Below, in pieces: positions 24,852 to 39,408 of a stretch of 64,000 nucleotides of DNA (positions are counted from its first letter, which is position 1; each line of letters starts with the position of its first letter). A model generated the notes under the pieces. The model worked only from the letters and a program-made list of their open reading frames with translations. It ran no database searches and was not told the origin of the DNA. Made by a program: the position numbers and the translations under genes. The stretch is from Octopus vulgaris (taxonomy: Eukaryota): positions 137,330,001-137,394,000 of the forward strand of contig OX597818.1 of NCBI GenBank assembly GCA_951406725.2, in the 5' to 3' direction.

Positions 24852-25000
24852 CCGATCGCCGTCGAGACGCCAGGTGTTCTAGGACCCCTACTACCGATTT
24901 ACTCCGTAAAATAGGGACCCCCACGTAAAATGAGCCCCACTGAGTGTAGCGGTTGCTGCAGCGAATGCCGCTTGCCATTCACCGTGGCATTGCTATCAGG
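24852..25000 (+). pseudogene. CRE-clade non-LTR retrotransposon, C-terminal restriction-like endonuclease fragment
   Basis: PIAVETPGVLGP / DLLRKIG...LLQRMPLAIHRGIA matches PIAVETLG.WGP...L.QRLSLAIQRGNA. Confidence 0.65.
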
Positions 25001-25360
25001 GGTCATAATAAAGGGGTGCTGCTGAGCACTCCCATTGTTTTGGGATATGAGGCCCGTTGTTCCTGCCCCCCCCCATCTTCTGCTCCTTTACTCCACCTTT
25101 TTCTTTTCTTTCTTTTCCTTTCTTATTTGTCTATTTTTCGCTGTTTCACTGTATTTAAATGTAACAAAAAATAAAAATCCGTCGAAATAAGAATAATGAT
25201 AATAATAATAATAATAATAACATATATATATATATATATACGTTTATATCTATATCTATATCTATCTATAAATACATATATATATACATATATATATATA
25301 CATACACACATACATACATACATATACATACATACATACATACATACATACATACATACA

Positions 25361-25395
<35 letters not shown>

Positions 25396-26029
25396 TTAAA
25401 CATAATAAAAAATATTAGGGTAATAAGAATTATAGAAATTATTATTACGAGTGGCCTAGCACAAAAAAAAAAAGTCAATTATTCACATAAAAATATCATG
25501 TACATTAAAACACATTAAGAAGCTTCCAAATAGGAAAGCCTTGTGCTAGAAAGAGCAGTTGAAATCTCAAACCACTAATTAGGGATACATTCTCGAAGGG
25601 ATTGAAAATTAAAAACGTTTATATAAAGTGTTTGAAGTGGTGTACAGATATTATATATTGAGAAAAAGGAGGCAGTCAGAATTTTGGATAATCCTTTATT
25701 AACGCTTTCGCTTATTTAGGAACTCGTCAAGATAAAATCAAAATGGGAAAAGCAGAAGGTTCCATGGTTCATTTATATGAATCGGATGTTTTTTTGTTTG
25801 TTTAGAAGTGGAAAATATTGTTTTTGTTTTTTTCCTTTTGAAAAAAGGAAGGGAGAGAGAAAAATATAAATAAAAACAAAGTGGGTGGAGGGAAAATAGA
25901 TAGAGGGGTTTCAGGACAATCAAGAGAGAGGCAAAAAAATAATGATAAAGGATGGGGAAAGGATAGATAGATAGATAGATAGATAGAGAGAGAAAGAGCG
26001 AGAGTGAAAAGAAACCTCTCTCTTTTTCT

Positions 26030-26105
<76 letters not shown>

Positions 26106-26462
26106 CTGTGTGTGAATAAAATTTTACAAGCTGAAAGCTTATAAGCGATCACTGTATATTGACTAAATAAAAAATTGTAATATTGGGGCATATAAACCCA
26201 CGAGCGCAAAAAAGTCTTCCGTATGCGTGGGATTCGATATATATATATAACAATTCGAATTTAAATTATAGCTATGAAACGTACGTAGTCTTTTTACTTA
26301 TTATATATTGTTTATTCATTTTTGTACTTGTTGTGATCTAGTTATATGTTTTAAAATATATTGAATTTTTTTATTTTTGATTTGGTTTATGTCTATCATC
26401 GTTTGAATTGCATAATAGTGGTTTTTCTCTAATTTATAGATATACATATACTTATACATACA

Positions 26463-26530
<68 letters not shown>

Positions 26531-26620
26531 ATAAGAGTAGATCGTATACGAGTGGGTATATATTTGTAAAAAAGAAGTTTGAAAACGCCACTATATTAGA
26601 TAAATTTTAATTTTCTTATG

Positions 26621-26670
26621 AATTTTACATGTTTCGGTTCTTGGAAAAACGAACCTTATCAAAAATATTA
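26621..26670 (-). ncRNA. Minimal type I hammerhead ribozyme with a U3-A8 core variant, within a partially tandem pseudo-LTR (~26535-26830)
   Basis: ATTT TTGATAA GGTTC-GTTTTTCCAA-GAACC GAAA CATG TA AAAT. A second, truncated copy lies at ~26746-26790. Confidence 0.65.
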
Positions 26671-26929
26671 TAAAAAGTGTAATGGAGAAGAAAAGCGTAA
26701 TGGAGAAGTTCGTAATCGTTTCTTACTGGTCTCAATAGAATCCATGTTCTTGAAAAAACGAACCTTATCAAAAATATTATAAAAAGTGAAAATTGAAAAG
26801 TTCATAATCGTTTCTTACTGTTCTCAATAGTATACATGTATGTGTGTGTGTGTGTGTGTGTGTGTTTCTATGTGTTTCTATGTGGTTCGAGAAGAATTGG
26901 AGTACTTGGACGTCACTGTCTGTAGAATG

Positions 26930-27400
26930 TTGAGACGATATGAGAACGTGTTGTCGTCTGCATATGAGGCTGTCTCTATGTTTTAGCGGAGGAGCTGGAA
27001 AGTCACGCAGCTATAGATTAAATAAACAAACTGAAAGGAGAGGTCCCTGTAATACACCATTCAGAAATTACGAATCGTGGAAGGGATATCCTGGTAAAAT
27101 TCAAAAGTTTGCTGGCCTGACGGGTAGTTTGCTAGCCAGCGTTTTTTGTTGTGCCATAAAGTGATTTTATGAATAATTTTATTGAAGCAGATAGGGGTGG
27201 TGTTTCAAAATAAAAACTTTATATCGATGGTCGTTCTAAGGCAGTTTTTGCTCTTGTGGATCCATTTTGTAATCGGAAGTGGGGACACATGAGACTTAGA
27301 GATGCTAGAATGAATTTTCAAGAATTCGTCAGAATGTGTACGAGAAAGGGTGATGGGTTCGTATGATGTTACTGCAGTTGGCATTTTTGCTGGGCTTAAA
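26930..27400 (-). pseudogene. Decayed non-LTR RT (Ingi/I/Jockey group)
   Basis: KPSK...SYEPITL, KRWLANY.SG, NGVLQGPLLS..LFNL*LRDFP and NIETASYADD (YADD at 26953-26964), with stops and frameshifts. Confidence 0.8.
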
Positions 27401-27473
27401 AATTATTATTTAAAATTATTATAATTATCTCCATCTACCAGAGGATGCTGTTCATGGTGATTGTGAGGTTGGA

Positions 27474-27506
<33 letters not shown>

Positions 27507-27719
27507 CATCATCATCATCATCATTATATTGTGTTGACAACGACGACGATGACTGAGGGGATGTTTGTTGATGATATTAAATCGGTTGATGGTGTTGATT
27601 AGGGTGGCGGGGTTTGTAATGATGGCGATGTCAATGATGCTGATGTCGATCATGATGCTGATAATGATGAAAATGATGAAGTGGAATTATAAAGAGAAGA
27701 CCCCACCCTACCCAAACAC

Positions 27720-28330
<611 letters not shown>

Positions 28331-28459
28331 AATCATTAACAAATCCATATATCTGTTACTTCAGTAAAATGACGTCATACCTTTCGTATGTGTGTGTGTG
28401 TGTATGTTTCCCTATGTTCCAATGTGTCTGTATGTTTGCTTGTGTGTGTGTGTGTATGT

Positions 28460-28490
<31 letters not shown>

Positions 28491-28818
28491 CGTGCAAAGG
28501 TGTGTTTGTGAGTCAGCTTGTGTATGTAGGTAGGGAAGAATGCGTGTGCGTCTTTATGTACATTCAAAAATATAATAGAAATTATGCGAATGTATATGAC
28601 AACGTGTATATGAATGTGTATGTGTGTGAGATAATTTGTTTGCGAGATAATTCGTATATGTGTATGCGTATACACGAATATGTGTATGTGACAACGTGTA
28701 TGTGTGCAAAACTTTTTCGAATATATATGAGTGTGCGTTTGTGAAAATCTGTATGTGGATGTGTGTGTGTGTTTGTGTTTAAGTACGAGAGTGTGTGACT
28801 GCAAATATGAACATTGGT

Positions 28819-28881
<63 letters not shown>

Positions 28882-28888
28882 TGTGTGT

Positions 28889-29480
28889 TGACAGGGTCTT
28901 CTTCTGATCAGTGTGTGTTAGCAACTGTGACTGAATGTGTGCATGTGTGTATGATTATGCATATGTGTGTGTGTATGTGTGCGTGTGTGTGTGAGTGTGT
29001 GTATGTGTATGTGTGTGTGTGTATATGTGCGTAACAGGGTCTTCTGATCAGTGTGTGTTAGCAACTGTGACTGAATGCGTGTATGTGTGTATATGTGCGT
29101 ATGTGTGCGTGGGTGTGTAAGTGTGTGTATGTGTATTTGTGTGTGTGTGTATGTGTGTAACAGGGTTTTCTGATTAGTGTGTGTTAGCAAATGTAACTAA
29201 ATGCGTGCATGTGTGTATGCATATGTGTATGTGTGCGTGTGTGTGAGTATGTGTATGTGTATGTGTGTGTGTGTATGTGTGTAACAGGGTTTTCTGATCA
29301 GTATGTGTTAGCAACTATGACTGAATGCGTGCATGTGCGTATGCGTGTGTATGTGTGTATGTGTGCGTGTGTGTATGTATGCGTGTGAGTGTATGCATAT
29401 GTGTGTGTGTATAAGTGTGTGCGTAACAACTTTTTCTGATCAGTGTACGTTAGCAACTGTGACTGAATGCGTGCATGTGT
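28889..29480. repeat. Minisatellite of 5 units (~125-145 bp) with a conserved core and variable (TG)n
   Basis: Core ACAGGGTCTTCTGATCAGTGTGTGTTAGCAACTGTGACTGAATG recurs at ~28890, 29033, 29159, 29283 and 29425. Confidence 0.9.
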
Positions 29481-29849
29481 GTGTGTGTGTGTATGTATGT
29501 GTATATGTGTATGTGTGTTTGAGTATAAGTGTATGTGCATGTGGGGGCGCACACGCATGGGATCCATTGAATGTGTGGGTCGGCGTAATAGGTTTATATG
29601 TGAAACACTTTGGTGTTCCCTGCCCTCCTTACCCCAGCTATTACACACGATCACAGCTCCTCGTCCCGAGTGCATCCTTGTATGGTTGCCATATACTTCA
29701 GTCTGGTTTTGAAAGAGGATTTAAATAACTCCTACATACACAGGCGTACACATTACACCCCAAATTTACACACTCACACACACACACACAAACACACGCA
29801 CGCACGCACACACAAATTCATACTCGTATTCACACGGACGCGTACACAC

Positions 29850-29912
<63 letters not shown>

Positions 29913-29933
29913 TACATATATATTTACACACAC

Positions 29934-29965
<32 letters not shown>

Positions 29966-30003
29966 TTATACATAAACATATATACATACGTACATAAACA
30001 CAT

Positions 30004-30052
<49 letters not shown>

Positions 30053-30059
30053 TATATAT

Positions 30060-30113
<54 letters not shown>

Positions 30114-30539
30114 GTGCGTACATACACGCATTTACTAAATAAGTGCATAATAAACGAGTGATGTAAATAAATAAATAAATATATATGAAAGAATAAAATA
30201 TATAAATTTGAAAAAGTAGGAGAGAAGAGAAAAGCGAGGCGGGAAGGCAGATAGAAAGGAGGAAGAGTAGGAAAGTAGAATGGAGCGTGGTTGAAATGAG
30301 AAAAAGAGAAAGAGGTTCAGAAAGAAATCAAAAGAAGATGTCTAGGAAAACTTGGATGGTGTTTGAAGGAGGAATGAAGGAAATGAAAGAAACTCTACTG
30401 TATGAAATTCTTTTACTTAAATCTTTTTATGTTGTGATTTCAAGCCCTGTCATGGTCGTGTTTACCATTCATTTTACTGGAGATGATTAAATATGAACGT
30501 GTATATTATTGATCGATTTGATTAATTATATAAAAAAGA

Positions 30540-30810
30540 AGGTAATACCCAACACCAGGGTAGTTCTATGGCCTGTCAGTCTAGGAGTACCCGTCTGTTT
30601 ATTTTTTAGGCTGGTCCACCAACTATCTTCGGTTTGCCAGGTTTGTCGCGATTTCTCCATATTAATAATTTTTCCAAGTTGAGTGGTCTGGAGCAACGTG
30701 GAATGAAGTTCTTTGCTCAAAAACATAATGCTTCTCCCGGTCCAGGAATGGAAACCACATTCCTACGATTATGAGTCCAACACCCTAACCACTAAGCCAC
30801 GTGTTTCCAC
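30540..30810 (-). mobile_element. tRNA-headed CORE-like SINE, diverged
   Basis: Minus-strand head GTGGCTTAGTGGTTAGGG and central CACGTTGCTCCAGACCACTCAAC. Confidence 0.65.
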
Positions 30811-31244
30811 CATTAGTCATACTCTTCTTCCAAAATTCAGAAATTGATAATTTTCTTTTGTTTTCTTTCGATCTGAATTAAAAAAAAACGTGTGTTATTT
30901 TTCCCTTTTCATCCAATCGGGTGGATGATATTGCGCCTTGTCCTAATTCATGTCCTAACCATGTCCTAACAATTAGGACATGAGTTCGTGCGCACAAGTA
31001 CGTTGGGTTGATTTTTGAATCGAACGACGCATTGCATCCTTGCGGATAGTATTGAATTCGATGTGACTCCTGTCGACTCAGTTGAAAATCATTATGTGTC
31101 AACAGCTGGTGCAACACTCTCTCCCTCCCCCAGCCACATCCTCTTCGTTCCATTGTGTCACCTTTGAGAGTACCGAGAGGATGACTATGTTGACTCGCAA
31201 CTACACAGACACCTAAAATAAAAAAAAAGCGAAAGTACGGCATA

Positions 31245-31531
31245 TACTCTTTACTCTTTTACTCTTTTACTTGTTTCAGTCATTTGACTGCGGCCATGCT
31301 GGAGCACCGCCTTTAGTCGAGCAACTCGACCCAAGCAATGCTAGGGGGACAAACACAGACACACAAACATACACACACACATATATATATACAAATATAT
31401 ACGACGGGCTTCTTTTAGTTTCCGACTACCAAATCCTCTCACAAGGCTTTGATGACTATGTTGACTCGCAACTATACAGACACCTGAACCATGTGGTTGG
31501 TAAACAAGCTACTTACCACACAGCCACTCCT
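31245..31531 (-). mobile_element. SINE family B, internally deleted, with an inserted copy of flanking DNA
   Basis: Family-B tail and head are present; 31451-31485 duplicates 31180-31214. Confidence 0.85.
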
Positions 31532-31584
31532 ATTTCATATTCACTTGCGAATGATAGCTGTTTGCTTATGATTTACAACAGGCA

Positions 31585-31744
31585 CGAGGCCTGAAATTTT
31601 GGGCTAGTCGAGTATATCGGCCTCAGTGCCCTACTGGTACTTATTTTATCGACCCCAAAGAATTTGAACTCCGAATCGAGAAACGGACGAAATGCCGCTA
31701 AGCATTTTGTCCACGTGCTAACGGTGTGACTAGCTCACTGCCTT
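31585..31744 (-). mobile_element. SINE family C-related, older subfamily
   Basis: GACGAAATGCCGCTAAGCATTT and CTGGTACTTATTTTATCGACCCC. Confidence 0.75.
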
Positions 31745-31819
31745 CTCCAATGGACGCGCACACACACATACTCACGTATACTTGTTTCATATTTATCACT
31801 AGGAAGTATTTTCTAACAA

Positions 31820-32950
31820 AGAAAATCAGACGCTTTTGAAACAGTTCTTTTCATCTTCGTAAAAATGATAAGCTTCAAGAAAATCCGCAAAAGATTTCAA
31901 AACTATTCAAACGAGAATTTTACATCACTGTGAAACTGCAAGAAAATCCACGACGAAAAGGTTTATGGCATTGACAAAAATACATATTACAGACTACCAT
32001 AGCATTAACGTTTACGAAAATAACAAACGATTATCTTTATATATAAAAGAAAGGTTGTGTGTCTGTTTACTCCGATTTAGATTCCTAACTACTCCCACAT
32101 TTTGCGGTGCAGTTTAACCAAAAACCGGGTATCTCATAGTCGTGATTCATATCGAGCCTTTCTGGGTATTAGCGCGCGTCTACGATGAGTCTACGATTTT
32201 AAAAATAATTTACCATCATTTTTTTCCATTTTAATGCATATTTTTTAAATATAAGGGAAGTAACTCTCTAAAAATGTCTACGATGAGTCAATGATTTAAA
32301 AAAAATTTACCATCATATTTTTTTCCATTTTAATGCATTTTTTTGCTATTTTTTGGCTATAACTCTCTAAAAATGCTTTATAGTTATTTCCCTTACAAAC
32401 CCGAGCAACGCCGGGCGATACTGCTAGTTACTTTATAATCCTTAAAGTCAAAGGCATAGCTATTTACTTCGATGTAGAGGGTACGATAGAAGATAAGCTT
32501 TCAAACACACCATACATAACACCTGATGATCACGTAGTTCGTTTCACATGTAACCTTAACTGCAGATTTATCAAACCTACCAGAAAAACATGATCAGCTG
32601 TATTTCAAATCTAACGATAGTTTACACATTTTCAGAGCAGTTTTCGTTCAAATTTACACAGTAAACTCGCTTCAGCAATTTATGAATAAATTTCCCGACA
32701 CCGACCGTTTAAATTAAGTATCAGAAATGGTTGTTTATCGTAGACGTGGTCCGAAGTATTTACTTAACAATCGTGTACCGAAGAAGCAGAATCTGTATTA
32801 CACATAGTTGAAAAATCAACAAACTTGGACTCACGTACCATTTATACCTCTGATTACAAAAATATTAAAAGCACTGAAGCACATCGGGTTATGTCTTTAG
32901 TACGAACAGAATTTTGGCAAGCTCAAAATTGTCAACGTTTTAAAATTTCT
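31820..32950 (+). pseudogene. Decayed Penelope-like RT N-terminal region, interrupted by a Helitron
   Basis: EKVYGIDKNTYY, and PYITPDDHVVRFTCNLNCRFIKPTR at 32510-32584, resemble the PLE motifs FADKT.N.Y and FITLKDHK.NF...P.CRLINP.K. Confidence 0.5.
32034..32427 (+). mobile_element. Non-autonomous Helitron, complete
   Basis: A|TCTTTATATATAAAAG 5' end, subterminal hairpin CCCGAGCAACGCCGGG, CTAG|T 3' end, and no TSD. Confidence 0.9.
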
Positions 32951-33175
32951 TAATAAAAATAATTTTGCAATATATATCTCCATTATATTATTTTTTTATA
33001 ATGTCTAATGTCTACCTCTCGAAATGTCAATTCGGTTAGTGATTGTGTTATTGTTTGTCATTCAGGTAATTTTCATTATATCTAAATACTTGAACGCACC
33101 ATCAAGTTCGAATTCTCCTCTTACTTAATAGTATGATGATCGCCAACACATACACATATACGTATGCATATTTAC

Positions 33176-33216
<41 letters not shown>

Positions 33217-33282
33217 CATATGCTTATAAAACTATCGAGTCAGCTCTACATATGTATGTAGATATATATACATACGTGTGTA

Positions 33283-33339
<57 letters not shown>

Positions 33340-33403
33340 CATATGCTTATAAAACTATCGAGTCAGCTTTACATATGTATGTAGATATATATACATACGT
33401 GTG

Positions 33404-33449
<46 letters not shown>

Positions 33450-34052
33450 CACACTCATAACGATATATGTACATATATATTTATATACAGACACACTCAT
33501 ATATATATATATATAGAATGTGTAAATTGATTATTGTATTTTTCCGCTGCACTTAGCATAATTGTTTGCTATTTGTCTCAATAGGAATTTAAACCGAGGT
33601 AAACAGATAACAACGCGGCTTCATTTTTTTTTTTTTTTTACCACATGGGATACATTTGTAAATTAAACTGCTCCTTCAAAGGGGTATTTTTTTGTTTCCC
33701 CTGTGTAAACAGTTATTATTTCGGTGAGACTTCCGGATAAATACACTATGATACAGGGTCATTTATGGCACTTAGAAATTATGGATTAGATTCACGCATG
33801 CAATAATGTTATTTTACTGTTTTACCATTGGAATCAAATATTTTACCTTCTCAATAAATCATGCTTCTTTGAATATGGAATCTCACTAAACAGAAAATTG
33901 TAAAACGGGCAAAAGAGCCAATGAAGATAAACACACTTTTTATCGTGGTGGCACTTGTATTCTTTTTGTGCAATGCTGTCACATTCACTTACCAAGTGGA
34001 TCATATCTTTCACGCTCTTTCCATGGGGTTTTCATTTCTGGGTGTCAGAAAT

Positions 34053-35568
34053 TTTATAGATGTTTTACTTCACTGAATTGGTAGCGAGAGCCTAGCCTTG
34101 TGCAGCAATGATCAGGCTTTCGGTGGTACGCTTCAAATCACATCACCTCGCTTTAGCTATGTCAACGATGCTGTATTATCCTTAACGTCCTGTGCATTCC
34201 TTTCTAACTGTCCATGCATTCTCATTTCAAGAGGGTCTTCTTACCTCTTTCCTCATCTCTTTGGTTAAACTCATCCTTGCCCATCATTTCTTCTGCATTT
34301 ACACCCATATTTTTCGCGGCATAGGCGCAGGAGTGGCTGTGTGGTAAGTAGCTTGCTAACCAACCACATGGTTCCGGGTTCAGTCCCACTGCGTGGCATC
34401 TTGGGCAAGTCCCTTCTGCTATAGCCCCGGGCCGACCAATGCCTTGTGAGTGGATTTGGTAGACGGAAACTGAAAGAAGCCTGTCGTATATATGTATATA
34501 TATATAAGTGTGTGTGTATATGTTTGTGTGTCTGTGTTTGTCCCCCTAGCGTTGCTTGACAACCGATGCTGGTGTGTTTACGTCCCCGTCACTTAGCGGT
34601 TCGGCAAAGAGACCGATAGAATAAGTACTGGGCTTACAAAGAATAAGTCCCGGGGTCGATTTGCTCGACTAAAGGCGGTGCTCCAGCATGGCCGCAGTCA
34701 AATGACTGAAACAAGTAAAAGAGTAAAGAGTAAAGAGTATATTGCAGCAGGTCTTCCTCACTATTTATCAGATACTCGGCAAGCGTTCTCCTTTCATTCC
34801 TTATACAATGGTCTATACTAATTAGTCCTCTGGCACCATTCTTTCTTTTCATATACAGTCTGTTTACGTTTGCTTTAGGGCGTAGTGCCCGATGTAGCGT
34901 CATCAACTTTCTCGTCTTTCTATCCAGTGTTGATATTTCCTCCTTAGTCCATTTGAGGATGGACGCACTATATCTGACCACCGCAACTGCGAGGATATTC
35001 ATGGCGGTAATCAAATTTTTGGCATTCAGTTTGGATTTCAACACCATCTTTATCCATTTTTGAAAAGCCTCGCTGACCTTGACTTTTATTTCTCTGTGTA
35101 GAATGTCATCCAGCTCCAAAATCCGCAAATATCTATACCCACAACCGTCGGGTTCACCCATGATCTCTCCTGATGGTAACCGCAATCCTCTACAGGCTGC
35201 TTTCTTCCCTTTTTTCATATTAAGTACTGAGCAGTTGGTAATCCCAAATTCCATACCGATGTCCCTACCACATTTCTGGACTGTTTTGATTAAGGAATCT
35301 ATCTGTTTTTCAGATTTCCCAAAAACTTCCAGCTCATCCTTAAAACGGAAGATGGTTCAATGATGGGCCTTTCTTCCCACATCGGTAACCCATCTTGACT
35401 TTCCTAAGTGTCATTGTTATGGGTATTAGTGCAATTACAAAAAGTAACGGTGAAAACGAGTCACTTTGGAAGTTGCCCCTTTTAATATTAACTTCTCCAA
35501 GGAAAACATTACTTGAGTACAATTTGGCTTTCCACTTTTTCATGCTATGCATCAGAAATTCTGTGATG
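34053..35568 (-). mobile_element. R4/Dong-clade LINE fragment (RT and downstream region), pseudogenised and split by a SINE
   Basis: IKRGNFQSDSFSPLLFVIALIP, LNHL, MEFG, YRYL, LDRKTRKLMT and RLYMKRKNGARGL; continues past the SINE with MHGQL and LKRTTESLIIAAQ. Confidence 0.9.
34324..34738 (+). mobile_element. SINE family B, full length (reference copy)
   Basis: Inserted in the Dong ORF at LLQY|AA with a 3-bp ATA duplication; (AAAGAGT)n tail. Confidence 0.95.
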
Positions 35569-35627
<59 letters not shown>

Positions 35628-35651
35628 TTCTTCTTCTTCTTCTTCTTCTTC

Positions 35652-35690
<39 letters not shown>

Positions 35691-35702
35691 CTATTATTAT
35701 GA

Positions 35703-35870
35703 AGGCGGCACGCTGAGTGAATGGTGAGCACGTCGGGCGATATGTTTAGCGGCACTTCGTCCGCCCTTACGGTCTGAACTCAAACTCCGCCGAGATCGAC
35801 TTCGCTTTTCATCCTTTCGGTGTCGATGAAACAATTACCAGTTACGTACTGGGGTCGATGTAATCGACTA
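35703..35870 (+). mobile_element. SINE family C, diverged, following a (TAC)/(TTC)/(TTA) tract
   Basis: Head and central domain are homologous to 43037. Confidence 0.8.
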
Positions 35871-35960
35871 TCTCACTCACTTCCACCACTTTATTGCAGG
35901 CTATGTACCTACAGTAGAAAAAAAGATTATTATTATGATGATGATCACCATCATCATTAT

Positions 35961-36207
35961 AAGTAGTAGTAGTAGTAGTAGTAATAGTAGTAGTAGTAGT
36001 AGCAGCAGCAGTAGCAGCAGCAGTAGCAGTAGTAGTAGTAGCAGCAGCAGCAGTAGCAGTAGTAGTAGTAGTAGCAGTAGCAGCAGCAGTAACAGCAGCA
36101 GTAGCAGTAGTAGTAGTAGTAGTAGTAGTAGCAGCAGCAGTAACAGCAGCAGTAGCAGTAGTAGTAGTAGTAGTAGTAGTAGCAGCAGCAGTAACAGCAG
36201 CAGTAGC

Positions 36208-36248
<41 letters not shown>

Positions 36249-36276
36249 CAGCAGCAGCAGTAACAGCAGCAGTAGC

Positions 36277-36315
<39 letters not shown>

Positions 36316-36339
36316 GGTGGTAGTAGTAGTAGCAGCAAC

Positions 36340-36378
<39 letters not shown>

Positions 36379-36405
36379 GGTGGTGGTAGTAGTAGTAGCA
36401 GCAAC

Positions 36406-36453
<48 letters not shown>

Positions 36454-36477
36454 GGTGGTAGTAGTAGTAGCAGCAAC

Positions 36478-36519
<42 letters not shown>

Positions 36520-36546
36520 GGTGGTGGTAGTAGTAGTAGCAGCAAC

Positions 36547-36614
<68 letters not shown>

Positions 36615-36641
36615 CAGCAGCAGTAACAGCAGTAGTAGTAA

Positions 36642-36683
<42 letters not shown>

Positions 36684-36690
36684 CAGTAGT
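35961..36690. repeat. (AGT/AGC/GGT)n trinucleotide array with higher-order units
   Basis: Direct reading of the sequence. Confidence 0.95.
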
Positions 36691-37165
36691 GTTATTATTT
36701 GCTGAAAAAAAAACCTAAAAGGGTCAAGCTAACATTATATATTTTTGATGGGAAACGGTGGATGAGGAGGATGAGGATGAGGAGGAGGAGGATGAGGAGG
36801 AGGAGGGGGGGGGGGAAGACATGAATTTTAGAATTTGTTCAAGCATGAGCATTCATAATTTTCCTTTTTTTGCTACAATTAATTTGCTTGGTCGATCCCG
36901 CCCAGGTCAGCTCCGGCTTCGTCTCCATCCGACCAGCCGACTAACCGACCAACCGCAAAGATATGATTCATTATTCATAATATAAACTTTCGCACTAAAC
37001 CCTTATCGACGCTCTCGTCCCGGGATAAGAGGGTTTTGTTTCGCGACACCCTTCAATTAATCGTATTAATTTTGTGTAGTCATAGTAACAATCGAAATAA
37101 CACACACACACACACACACACAAAACAAGCAGACCACACGCACATGCACACAGACACACACACAC

Positions 37166-37215
<50 letters not shown>

Positions 37216-37232
37216 GGATAGATAGATGGATG

Positions 37233-37372
<140 letters not shown>

Positions 37373-39026
37373 CATACATACATATATACATACATACATG
37401 CATGTATACATACGCATACTCATATAAACACGCATGCACACATACAGTTTATACACGAGGGGGAAACTGGCATGGCATTGCCCAGACACCGCACCCCTAT
37501 CGCCACTCAACATTGTATGTGTAATATTGGTCAGTGCTAAGACGGGGTTAAATCTCCACTCTCTTCGCATTTGTAGAATGCACATAGCGATTACATATTT
37601 AGTGCTCAATAGTAGAAAAAAATTATTGTATTCTCAGAAGATCGAGGATTTTGGCAAAGAATGGAAAGATGAACAGAGGGATGGATGGATGAATGAATAG
37701 ATGGATAGATGGATGGTTGGATGGACGGATGGACATCATCAGGAAATACAAATAACAGCAATAATAGTTTTTCTTATTTATATTTATATATTTATTTATT
37801 TATATATTTATTTATAGAAATGATATTGTCCTTGAAAGCAAAGAACCGTCCTGGGAATTCTCGCAATATCTATAATTTGATGCCTCCTACTCTTCGGTTT
37901 TAATCATGCTAGGTTTAGCATAACACATTTTAATTTTATTTCATCCACTCAGAAGTGTAGTGAGAGAAACGGTAGATTGTGAAATGAAGTACTTTAATGG
38001 ATTTAGTTAGATCCCTGCCCTGAACATTCAGGTTTGAATTCTTGCTGATATCGACTGAGAGTTACATCCCTGGGGAACGGTGAAATAAATGCTAGGCCTG
38101 TTTTTGTCTTATTTTAAGCAGGGGTTAAGGTTACACGGCTTGGAGAACGAAAGCAAGTGGCCATTATCCTTTATTTTCGGATCCCTCAAGACTTGTAGGA
38201 GGAAGGGAACAAGTTATTCTTAGAGCAGCGACTTACTCCAAATGCTTATAGCAGAATAGAGTCTGTTCAAATCATAAATAGAACATGCTGTCGTGTTAAA
38301 CCGGGCAGTGTAACAGACTTCCATACAATTCCATCTATCAAATTTCAGTCATGAGATTTCGATTTTCCTGAAACTATGAGAGAAGATTCTATCCTAATGA
38401 TAGTAAAAATTTAGATTGAATTCGAAATCACACAGCTGAAGCGAATTTCTTAAATACAAGGCTATGCATTCATTGCTGTTTTATTTAAGGTCTGCCAAAC
38501 AGCACCTAAATCCCCTTACATTTTTCAAAACAAAGGACTCCGTATTCAGAGATGTTTTGGGACACTTGTAACGGTCACAGCTGGAAAGTCTTGATCACAG
38601 CACTGTTCGATCCGAGCAAACCGCGGCTAAGCAACTGCAACAATATATTGTCGACGTATTTTACTTATGCTAGAAGGGCGAAATATAAAACCCACCTCAG
38701 GATTCAATTGGAAAACAGAACGTAAAGACACAAAACTAACAGTAAATTGCTGCTGCTGCTGCTGCTGCTGCTGTTACTGCTACTGTTGCTGCTGCTTCTG
38801 CTGCAATTTACAACGTTTCTGTTGTTGCTGTTATCGTTCCTTGCCCCTAGATCCACTCTGATTGAGTAGAACCTTTGATTATTGTCATTCTAGCGGTGAC
38901 TGCAGCATCATTTTACTTACCTTGGACTCTATAATTCAATGAACCCGTCTTTCAGTAGACAATGATGTGGTTTGAAATACATTTGGTTGCTATTTCCTGA
39001 AAGCCGAATGACTATATAGAGTCTTT

Positions 39027-39408
39027 GGAGGCGCAATGGCCCAGTGGTTAGGGCAGCAGACTCGCAGTCATAGGATCGCGGTTTCGATTCCCAGACCGGG
39101 CGTTGTGTGTGTTTATTGAGCGAAAACACCTAAAGCTCCACGAGGCTCCGGCAGGGGATGGTGGTGATCCCTGCTGTATTCTTTCACCACAACTTTCTCT
39201 CACTCTTACTTCCTGTTTCTGTTGTACCTGTATTTCAAACGGCCGGCCTTGTCACTCTCTGTGTCACGCTGAATATCCCCGAGAACTACGTTAAGGGTGC
39301 ACGTGTCTATGGAGTGCTCAGCCACTTACACGTTAATTTCACGAGCATGCTGTTCCGTTGATTCGGATCAACCGGAACCCTCGTCGTCGTAACCGACGGA
39401 GTGCTTCC
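39027..39408 (+). mobile_element. SINE family A, full length
   Basis: 11-bp TSD ATATAGAGTCT at 39014-39024 and 39414-39424. Confidence 0.95.

Noticed and set aside
28889-29480. Conserved repeat with variable spacers (CRISPR-like)
   Set aside because: The spacers are related (TG)n microsatellites, so this is an ordinary minisatellite.
33040-33072. CAG|GTAAT recursive splice-site-like motif
   Set aside because: Single weak motif that could arise by chance; no support without RNA data.
34634-35254. 206-aa ORF as a functional gene
   Set aside because: It is a fragment of a dead Dong LINE running into a SINE tail.
35901-36718. Poly-Ser, poly-Leu and poly-Val ORFs
   Set aside because: Trinucleotide repeat read-through.
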